Both the position numbers and the translations under genes were made by a program. Below are positions 33,055 to 39,409 of a stretch of DNA of 39,409 nucleotides, piece after piece. The notes under the pieces were generated by a model. That model was not told where the DNA came from. It did not search any database and was given only the letters and a program-made list of their open reading frames with translations. The DNA comes from an uncultured bacterium (GTDB lineage: Bacteria > Armatimonadota > Zipacnadia > Zipacnadales > VGFC01): assembly GCA_965602825.1 (NCBI GenBank), contig CBFDAZ010000002.1, forward strand, positions 1 to 39,409, written 5' to 3'. Numbering within the stretch: the stretch's first letter is position 1; the number at the start of each line of letters is the position of its first letter.

Positions 33055-33084
33055 AAAAAAACGCTCAAGGTGAGTTGCCGAGCG
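33055..33084 (-). terminator. Weak terminator-like hairpin plus U7 after the FAD-oxidoreductase gene
   Basis: On the - strand: CGCUC-N13-GAGCG followed by UUUUUUU (an A7 run at 33055-33061 on +). The stem is only 5 bp and competes with a 7-bp alternative hairpin (33080-86 with 33106-12). Confidence 0.35.
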
Positions 33085-33110
33085 GGACGCTCACATTGGT
33101 GCGGCCCCGC

Positions 33111-34280
33111 TCAGTGAGCCTGCCCGGCGGCCAGCGGGCGGCTCAGCCGCAGCTCCACAGGCCAGGCTGCCGGGCCGCCGGCAGCAATCGCTTCAGCCAC
33201 GATCTCCCCGGTGACCGGCGCCAGGGCGATTCCGTCCCCCTCATGTCCCGATGCCACGAAGAGGCCCTCCACCTCCGCAACAGGCCCGAGCAGCGGCAGG
33301 CCGTCCCCCGAAGAGGGGCGCAGGCCGGCGAAGCAGCGGACGATATCGAGGCGGCATAGACCCGGTGCCAGCCGGGCTGCCTCTGCCGCCTCCACAGCCA
33401 CGCCCCCGGGCGTGTTCCGCACATCGAGCCCGGCGTACGAGCGTGTGCTGCCGATTAGCAAGTTCCCGGCTGCACTCTGTTCCAGCACCAGTGTCGCTGG
33501 CCTTGGCTCGTCCTGGCGGAACTTGGCTGTTACGTATGGGCTGTGGAGAATGATCGAGGACAGGATCGGCGGCATTGGCTCCGTCACCAGGATCTCGCCG
33601 CGCCGGGGCCTGAGCGGCAGAGCCACGCCGACTGAGGCCAGCAGCGGGGCTGACCATGCGCCGGCAGCTACCAGGACGGAGCCGCACGCGACGTCTCCGC
33701 AGGCGGTGCGCACACCTGTGGTTCTTCCCCGATCGATGCGTATCTCACGGACTTCGGCCCCCAGGTCACACTCAACGCCCGCTCGGCAGGCGGCGCGGTA
33801 GAACCCGAGCGTTGCCCGCCAGGGGGCAATCTGCGCGTCCGTCGGGCAGTAGCTGCCGCCGGCGAGGGTTCTGGACAGCACCGGCTCGTCTCTCCAGACC
33901 TCCTCGCCCGCGTGCAGGCTGATGTCGAGACCCGCGCCCCGCCTCGCCTCGGCCGCCGAGCGGAGCGTCCGCCACTCGTCAGCCGTCTCGGCAATCAACC
34001 AGCTTCCGCAGCGGCGGAAGCCGATCTCGGCGCCGAGCTCGTCAGACAGCGCGTCGTACAGCCTCAGGGATCGTTGGGCGAGCTGGAGGTGAATGCCGGG
34101 GGCCTTCGACTGGCAGCACAGGTGGCCGTCACAGGCCCCCGAAGCGCCGGCCGCCACGTCCTCGCGCTCAAGGAGGAGCACGCGCACGCCGCGCCCGGCC
34201 AGCCAGTATGCGCACGAGCAGCCAACCAAGCCACCCCCTATGACCACCACATCGGGCGACGGCCTCGTCGTAGCTGTCAT
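33111..34280 (-). CDS. FAD-dependent oxidoreductase (DAO family; glycine/D-amino-acid/sarcosine-oxidase-like)
   Basis: DVVVIGGGLVGCSCAYWLAGRGVRVLLLERED is a dinucleotide-binding GxGxxG fold. Length and C-terminal GHEGDGIALAP are typical of the DAO family. Confidence 0.8.
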   Translation of the reverse strand: MTATTRPSPDVVVIGGGLVGCSCAYWLAGRGVRVLLLEREDVAAGASGACDGHLCCQSKAPGIHLQLAQRSLRLYDALSDELGAEIGFRRCGSWLIAETADEWRTLRSAAEARRGAGLDISLHAGEEVWRDEPVLSRTLAGGSYCPTDAQIAPWRATLGFYRAACRAGVECDLGAEVREIRIDRGRTTGVRTACGDVACGSVLVAAGAWSAPLLASVGVALPLRPRRGEILVTEPMPPILSSIILHSPYVTAKFRQDEPRPATLVLEQSAAGNLLIGSTRSYAGLDVRNTPGGVAVEAAEAARLAPGLCRLDIVRCFAGLRPSSGDGLPLLGPVAEVEGLFVASGHEGDGIALAPVTGEIVAEAIAAGGPAAWPVELRLSRPLAAGQAH

Positions 34281-34579
34281 GCTTCCGTTCTGGGTGACTC
34301 AGGACCGTTGGGCGTGCCGGCGAGCACGGCCAGGGGAGTCGGCCGAACCGGGGCCCGCGCCGGCCGCTCATCCGGGACGTAACCGGCTCCCAGCGTCCGT
34401 TGGAGGATGGATTCGATGAGCGGGCCGCACGTATGTCCCTGGCAGAGGCCGGTCGTCGCCAGGGTGCGCAGCTTGACGCCGCGGATGGACCGAGCCCCAT
34501 CCTCGATCGCCGCCAGGACGTCCTCCTCCGTCACCTCGCAACACCGGCAGATCAGCTTCCGCGATTGGCCCGCCTGCAT
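34277..34579 (-). CDS. BFD-like [2Fe-2S]-binding protein
   Basis: KLICRCCEVTEEDVLAAIEDGARSIRGVKLRTLATTGLCQGHTCGPLI carries the C-x-C ... C-x(4)-C pattern of BFD-like 2Fe-2S domains. 4-nt overlap with the DAO gene. ATG 34579 is chosen because the track start would overlap the cyclophilin gene. Confidence 0.65.
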   Translation of the reverse strand: MQAGQSRKLICRCCEVTEEDVLAAIEDGARSIRGVKLRTLATTGLCQGHTCGPLIESILQRTLGAGYVPDERPARAPVRPTPLAVLAGTPNGPESPRTEA

Positions 34580-34580
34580 C

Positions 34581-35303
34581 TCATTCGCCGCCCGACACGA
34601 TCTCAATGGTCTTGATCCTGTCCTCCGTGGTGATCTCTTGGGCAACGTCCATGCCTTCGGTCACCTGCCCGAAGACGGTGTACTCGTCGTTCAGGTGCTC
34701 GGCTTGCTCCCCGCTACACATGGTGATGTAGAACTGACTGGAGGCGCTACCCGGCTCACTCAGCCGCCCGGGCGTCATCGAGCCGAGTTTAGCCATCGCC
34801 AGCGCGCCCTTGCGGTGCTTGTGCCGGTTCACCTCGTCGGGGATGTTCGGGGTCTCCTGGCCCTCGCCCACCTGGATGACGAAGCCGGGCTCCACACGGT
34901 GCCAGACCATGTCATCGTAGTAGCCCTCTTTCGCCAGCGAGAGGAGATTGGCCACCGTCTTCGGCGCCTCGTTTGGATACAGCCTGGCGGTGATATCGCC
35001 TTTGGTCGTCTTGATGACGATCAGCGTTTCGTCCGGCATGCTCTCCCCCTCTTTCTCTTGTGGTGCCGCTTGCTCAGGCCCGCTCTCCGCGTCTGCGGCT
35101 TCGGGCTTGGCAACCTCGGCCGCGTCGTCGGTGGGCCCGGCTCCCGCTGTCTCGGCCTCGCTGTCCGCCTGCTCGGCCGGCTCCGCGCGTGCAACAAGGG
35201 TTCCGTCGTCATCGTCGCCTGTCTGCCTGTCGTCCGGACAGCCGGCGGCGATGAGGGCGATGGTCACCAGGACGACCAATATGACTGCAGATCGGATACG
35301 CAT
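34581..35303 (-). CDS. Cyclophilin-type peptidyl-prolyl cis-trans isomerase, lipoprotein
   Basis: Lipobox LIAAGC. Acidic linker. TTKGDITARLYPNEAPKTVANLLSLAKEGYYDDMVWHRVEPGFVIQVG ... ALAMAKLG...ASSQFYITM...HLNDEYTVFGQVTEGMDV are cyclophilin motifs. Confidence 0.85.
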   Translation of the reverse strand: MRIRSAVILVVLVTIALIAAGCPDDRQTGDDDDGTLVARAEPAEQADSEAETAGAGPTDDAAEVAKPEAADAESGPEQAAPQEKEGESMPDETLIVIKTTKGDITARLYPNEAPKTVANLLSLAKEGYYDDMVWHRVEPGFVIQVGEGQETPNIPDEVNRHKHRKGALAMAKLGSMTPGRLSEPGSASSQFYITMCSGEQAEHLNDEYTVFGQVTEGMDVAQEITTEDRIKTIEIVSGGE

Positions 35304-35387
35304 CGCAGCCTCCGTTCAGCCAATGCCTCTGACACCAGAAACGCTATTGACCTGCGGGTTCGACTCGCCCGGCCCATGCGCCTCTAG

Positions 35388-35607
35388 CCCGGATCATTCA
35401 TGATGCAGTGTGGCCGGAGCGCCCAATAGCAGCGGGCAGGCCGTCACCCACCTGCATTCGTGGTCCCGGAGTCGGGCCATCAGCAGCACAGTGTGCTTCA
35501 CCGTAAGCACCCACACCGGAACAGAATTCTCTGCCGGAAGGGCGCGGGAAACCAGGTCCTTTTCAGAAGAGCGGGTTGCCCGCGACGTTCGTCGTGAACG
35601 GGCCGGG
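35388..35607 (-). mobile_element. MITE-like non-autonomous element, copy B (inverted relative to copy A)
   Basis: Reverse complement aligns without gaps to 9593-9812. Terminal inverted repeats cccggcccgttcacgacg and catcatgaatgatccggg (13/18 complementary by my count). Perfect CTAG on both flanks (35384-35387 and 35608-35611). It carries the same GCGGG-caa-CCCGC hairpin. Confidence 0.75.
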
Positions 35608-36903
35608 CTAGTCCACGTAGTCCGCGAGCCACTCCCGCTCCGCCTCGACCATCTCGTCGAACATGCTCTTGATCTCGCCCAGCGTCAGGATCGCTGAAGT
35701 CAGGGGGTCGAGCGCCACGGCATAGTACGCCTTCCTCAGGTCGCGCTCCAGTATTGCCTCAACGGCCGACTGCTGCAGGGCGATGTTGGACCGGTTCAGA
35801 GCGGCGAGCTGTGGCGGCAGAGCCCCAACACGGCAGGGGCGGATCGCACGCCGCTCGACCATGCACGGAACCTCCACACACGAACCGTCGGGCAGATTGT
35901 CGATGATCCCGTGGTTCAGGACGCTGGCGTTGATACGGCAGGGCTCGCCCGTCGTCAAGGAGCGGATGATCCTGACCGCGTACTCCTCGGACGACCTCAG
36001 CTGCACCGGCTCGGGGCCGCTGAGTTCCTCCTGCAGCCGCTCGGCGTGCTTCTGCCAGCGCTCGGCAGTCCAGCCCTCCCGGTACTCCCTCGCCTTCAGA
36101 CCCCACGTTTCCAGGTGCTCCTTGGTCTTGTAGAAGTAGGGGACGTACTCCCCCATATGCCGCGTAGATTCAGTTACGAAGTAGTCGAAGTGGCGCAGAA
36201 CCTCGAATCTAACGATATCCTCCTTATATACTTCGGGGTCCTGCATCGCCTCCTGCAGCCGGGGGTAGAGGTCGTCCCCGTTCCGCTCGAGCGTGAGGAA
36301 CCACGCCATGTGGTTGATGCCGGCCACCCAGTAGTCGAGCTCCCCGTAGGGGACGTCCATGTAGCCCGCAAGCTGGCGAGAGGTGCCCTGGACGCTGTGA
36401 CAGAGGCCGACGAGCTGCACCTTCGTCGCCGCGTTCATCGCCCAGGTGGCGATGGCCATCGGGTTCGTATAGTTGAGCAGCCACGCCTCGGGGCAGTACT
36501 TCTCGATGTCCCGGCAGATCGCGAGCTGTGCCGGCACCGTCCTCAGGCCCTTGAAGACGCCGCCGGGGCCGATAGTGTCGCCAACCATCTGCTCGATCCC
36601 GTACCGTTGGGGGATGAAGACATCCGCCTGCCTTGCCTCTTCATCGCCCACCGCAATGGCGGTGATGACCACATCCGCGCCGTCGAGCGCCTCGGCTCGA
36701 TCCGTCGTCGAGAGGACCTCGGTGGGGAGCTGGTGCTGCTTGACGACCTCGCGCGCATAGTGGGAGATAGCAGCGAGCTTATCCTCGTCGATGTCAACGA
36801 AGACGTACGTGCCCTCCTGCAGAGCGGGCTCCGAGACGATGTCGATGAAGAGCCGTCGCGCAAAGGCAATGCTCCCCGCGCCGATCATGACGATCTTGGG
36901 CAT
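35608..36903 (-). CDS. Glycoside hydrolase family 4 (NAD+/Mn2+-dependent alpha-glucosidase/alpha-galactosidase-like)
   Basis: MPKIVMIGAGSIAFARRL is an N-terminal Rossmann motif. NYTNPMA and VGLCHSVQG are GH4 signature regions. AGGAGG SD. Confidence 0.85.
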   Translation of the reverse strand: MPKIVMIGAGSIAFARRLFIDIVSEPALQEGTYVFVDIDEDKLAAISHYAREVVKQHQLPTEVLSTTDRAEALDGADVVITAIAVGDEEARQADVFIPQRYGIEQMVGDTIGPGGVFKGLRTVPAQLAICRDIEKYCPEAWLLNYTNPMAIATWAMNAATKVQLVGLCHSVQGTSRQLAGYMDVPYGELDYWVAGINHMAWFLTLERNGDDLYPRLQEAMQDPEVYKEDIVRFEVLRHFDYFVTESTRHMGEYVPYFYKTKEHLETWGLKAREYREGWTAERWQKHAERLQEELSGPEPVQLRSSEEYAVRIIRSLTTGEPCRINASVLNHGIIDNLPDGSCVEVPCMVERRAIRPCRVGALPPQLAALNRSNIALQQSAVEAILERDLRKAYYAVALDPLTSAILTLGEIKSMFDEMVEAEREWLADYVD

Positions 36904-36993
36904 GTAAGCCTCCTGGTGTAGGAGAAGGGGATGGCGACATCCCCGGCGACGTGCACCGGGACTGCGCCTGTCCGGTTGGCCGCTACGGCGTCT

Positions 36994-38151
36994 TCATCCT
37001 CCGCCCCCCGGGTCCAGAGTCTCCCTCAGCAGCGGCTCGAGCCGCTCCGCGATCCGCATGAAGCCGAGGTCGGTCGGGTGGACGCCCTCGTGGAAGGCGT
37101 CCGCGTCGCCGGGGCCGAGCAGGTCTGTACCCTCGACCAGGTGGAGGCGGCCGGCGCACGACTGCACGCGCTCACGAACGGCGTCGCGGACCGCGTCCCG
37201 CACGTGTTCCGACAGATCGGCATACGCGGCATCATACGATTCGCGTGTGGAGAAGATGGGTGTCATGCACACGAGCGGCACATCGGGGTGGGCGCGTCCG
37301 ACCGTGTCAAGCATCGCCCCGTAGACCTCGGCGGGCTGTCTGCCGAACGACTTGCCGAGGTCGAATACGTAGCAGCAGGCATCGACTTGGGCCACGAGAT
37401 CGACGACCTCCGGCTCGGCCTTGCCGGCCCCGCTGAAGCCGAGATTGACGAAGTCCAGCCCCAGCCGGCGGGCCAGGATCGCCTCGTATGGCATGCCCGG
37501 CCGGCAGGCACAGCCTCCCTGAGCGATGGAGGAGCCGTAGTAGACGACCGGCAGTGGCCGGACGAAGGCGCGCGGGGGCCGGACATCGGCACCCGCGTCG
37601 AGCCCCACGGCCTCAACTCGTACCCCCTGGAAGCTCGGCAAGTAGATCGTGATCTCCTGCAGCGCCAACTCGGCGCCCTGGAAGAACGTGAGCACTTGAC
37701 TCCCGGTCTGGGCCACTGGGCTCGAGCACCAGTACTGACCGTCAACGTATACGTCGAAACCGCGGCAGCCCAGGGGGGACATGTTGCCCATGGACTGCAC
37801 GTTCGGCGCGTCTACGCGGAGCCGGAGCTGCGAGGTGTTGCTGGCGAAGCGGATTCGGCCCCCGGCGGGATACCGCATCAGCTTCTGCACGGCCTCGGGC
37901 AATCGACCCGTCGCATCTTCGGACAATCGCCAGAGACGTGGGACGTTCTCGCGGAACCACGGCAAGCCCGAGACAACCAGCCGATCATCGGGGAATGCGA
38001 TCCACTGCATTGGGCGCCCTCCCTCGCGGTCTGTGGCGTCGGGCACGCCCCGGCTGCCGCCAGCCGCCTCCCCCTCGGCGGGCGCCGCCAGAGCCGGCGC
38101 CGACATGACGGTCAACAGCGACAGGGACTGGGCGAGGGGTAGTGGGAGCAT
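36994..38151 (-). CDS. Secreted SGNH/GDSL-type esterase with an N-terminal beta-sandwich (CE2-like architecture)
   Basis: Signal peptide. VVYYGSSIAQGG is block I with the Ser nucleophile. NLGFSGAG is block II. GVHPTDLGFMRIA is the block V His context. Confidence 0.7.
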   Translation of the reverse strand: MLPLPLAQSLSLLTVMSAPALAAPAEGEAAGGSRGVPDATDREGGRPMQWIAFPDDRLVVSGLPWFRENVPRLWRLSEDATGRLPEAVQKLMRYPAGGRIRFASNTSQLRLRVDAPNVQSMGNMSPLGCRGFDVYVDGQYWCSSPVAQTGSQVLTFFQGAELALQEITIYLPSFQGVRVEAVGLDAGADVRPPRAFVRPLPVVYYGSSIAQGGCACRPGMPYEAILARRLGLDFVNLGFSGAGKAEPEVVDLVAQVDACCYVFDLGKSFGRQPAEVYGAMLDTVGRAHPDVPLVCMTPIFSTRESYDAAYADLSEHVRDAVRDAVRERVQSCAGRLHLVEGTDLLGPGDADAFHEGVHPTDLGFMRIAERLEPLLRETLDPGGGG

Positions 38152-38321
38152 CAGCAGTCCATACCTTCCTGTTCAGCGGCAGACAAGCCGCGGCGGAGGC
38201 AGTGTTTCACAGTCCGACCCAGGAGACCTGCTCTGTGTGAGGGCAGTTTGGGCAGACGGGGGAGGCCGGCGTCGACCGGCGAGCGGCCAAGGCGTCCGCG
38301 TGCGCCGCCTTCGCTGAGTCA

Positions 38322-38420
38322 TCACCCCTCATTCCACCACACATCAATGGGCTTCTCGGGCATGTAGGGCTTGCCGACGATGTCGGGGCGGGCGTCAATC
38401 ACAGGAGCTCCAGGAACTGC
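38322..38420 (-). pseudogene. 32-codon orphan fragment ending ...KPIDVWWNEG*, a probable relic of a duplicated gene 3' end
   Basis: The stretch between the CruF-like stop (38421-23) and TGA 38322-24 reads AVPGAPVIDARPDIVGKPYMPEKPIDVWWNEG. Its last 16 nt and stop/start junction recur at the window edge (39394-39409), where an upstream gene ends ...VWWNEA*. Confidence 0.3.
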
Positions 38421-39392
38421 TCAGTGGTCAATGCGGCCCGCCGCGTGGCCTCTCCCCCAGTACACCAGAGCCACGAGTCCGGCGAAACCCGCGGCCCACA
38501 CGATGGTCGCCCAATACCGGCCGTTCATCGCAGCGACGAAGGCGACGAAGGCGCTCTGGGTGCCATACAGCCACATCGGCAGCCGGGAGTCGCACGGCTT
38601 CCAGGAGGGGCAGATCGCCAGGTAGACGGCCACGATCGCCCCGGTGGTCAGGAACCAACTCACCCAGTTGAGGAGCGGCACACCATAGAACCCGCCTGCA
38701 TGGTTCCAGGTCCACAGCGCAAGCTCCCCCGTCATGGCTGGGTCCAGGACCGCATCCCACAACGGCAACATCGCCGAGGCGATCAGTGCGGCCGGCCAAC
38801 GGCCGACGGGCAGCGAGAAAGCCACATGGAGCGAGAGGCTGAGCATCGCGAACCACAGGAGAGGGACAGAGTACGGAATGCGGCCGAGGAACAGCGGCCC
38901 GGACAGCTCGGTGTATGTGTAGACGCCGCTCGGGAAGCCGATCGTCGTGCCCAACCACTCCATGGGACCGTTAATCAGGCAGACCAGGGCCAGCAGCAGT
39001 AGCATTCTGCGCCAGCCCTGCGAGGCCGACATCAAGAGGGCTGCAGCCGCCGTGCAGAGCACGGCACTCGTCACGACCAGGGCCTGAGCTGCGGTGTGCG
39101 GCGGAACGCCCGGGAAGGTGGTGCCGTAGACCATCCACGCCACGGCCAGCAGGGAGCCAGTGGCCAGCAGAACCGCGTGGAGCGCGAACAGGAGTCTTGC
39201 CAGTCGCCGAACCAAGAGCCCTCGGCTTCCCCCCGAGGATAGCTGTCCGTCAGTTCCCTCAGCCTCGGACCCGGCGAGCCGGGCCGCAGTTCCTGGCAGG
39301 ATGGGTTCATGCCGCTCGGCTGTCCGCCCTGCGCACATCAACGTCTCCGGCGGACGTGGCCGCGTCCGCAACCGGCTGACCGCTGCCATCAA
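38421..39392 (-). CDS. Carotenoid-biosynthesis-type integral membrane protein (CruF/DUF422-like)
   Basis: About 7 TM. MEWLGTTIGFPSGVYTYTELSGPLFLGRIPYSVPLLWF and LDPAM...WTWNHAGGFYGVPLLNWVSWFL match my recollection of the conserved blocks of this family. The start is TTG 39392 or ATG 39389 and overlaps an upstream TGA. Confidence 0.55.
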   Translation of the reverse strand: MMAAVSRLRTRPRPPETLMCAGRTAERHEPILPGTAARLAGSEAEGTDGQLSSGGSRGLLVRRLARLLFALHAVLLATGSLLAVAWMVYGTTFPGVPPHTAAQALVVTSAVLCTAAAALLMSASQGWRRMLLLLALVCLINGPMEWLGTTIGFPSGVYTYTELSGPLFLGRIPYSVPLLWFAMLSLSLHVAFSLPVGRWPAALIASAMLPLWDAVLDPAMTGELALWTWNHAGGFYGVPLLNWVSWFLTTGAIVAVYLAICPSWKPCDSRLPMWLYGTQSAFVAFVAAMNGRYWATIVWAAGFAGLVALVYWGRGHAAGRIDH

Positions 39393-39409
39393 GCCTCATT
39401 CCACCACAC

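Noticed and set aside
32728-33117. Small ORFs in the leader and promoter region (32728..33024 on -, 98 aa; 32884..33117 on +, 77 aa)
   Set aside because: The - strand ORF would start upstream of the predicted transcription start and inside the promoter. Both have odd composition and no SD. The region is better explained as regulatory or non-coding.
1-39409. CRISPR arrays, tRNA or rRNA genes, integrases or transposases, toxin-antitoxin pairs and classical defence islands
   Set aside because: I found no regularly spaced direct repeats, no cloverleaf-like or rRNA-like segments, and no recombinase or nuclease signatures among the ORFs. The only mobile-DNA signal is the pair of MITE-like elements.

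Overview
GC-rich bacterial chromosomal segment; the lineage cannot be assigned from sequence alone, but a secretin implies a diderm. I recognised no rRNA, tRNA or CRISPR array. Coding strand switches once: every credible gene is on + up to 11495 and on - from 11499 onward, with convergent stops 3 bp apart. The many long antisense or out-of-frame ORFs in the track are GC-rich shadow ORFs.

Left arm (+): a 5'-partial coiled-coil gene with an in-frame TGA, an orphan motif-permuted N4/N6 DNA methyltransferase, a C45/Ntn-hydrolase-like protein, a secreted helical-repeat protein coupled to a polytopic membrane protein, an ArsA/GET3-type ATPase plus a small ORF, an alpha/beta hydrolase, a ROK kinase and a secreted PHP-like protein that has lost its metal-binding His residues.

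Right arm (-): one roughly 21.5 kb block of 19 co-directional genes with gaps of 120 nt or less, behind a near-consensus extended -10 promoter and a roughly 310 nt AT-richer structured leader. The order is TPR-Roadblock, a 1090-aa membrane/disordered/2xRoadblock giant, 4TM-Roadblock, mglB, mglA, a second Roadblock, PATAN/DUF4388, a P-loop-less Ras-like protein, pilM-N-O-P-Q, pilB, pilT, pilC, a sigma factor fused to a degenerate GGDEF domain with an intact I-site, a small Cys-rich ORF, and rpe.

The candidate novel system is this expanded, membrane-anchored MglA/Roadblock module joined to the type IV pilus machinery, together with the sigma-GGDEF fusion.

Upstream on the - strand lie a DAO-type FAD oxidoreductase with a BFD-like 2Fe-2S protein, a cyclophilin lipoprotein, a GH4 glycosidase, an SGNH esterase and a CruF-like membrane protein.

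Two inverted copies of a roughly 220 bp MITE-like element sit at 9593-9812 and 35388-35607. They have terminal inverted repeats and CTAG flanks, and each abuts the TAG stop codon of a sugar-metabolism gene.
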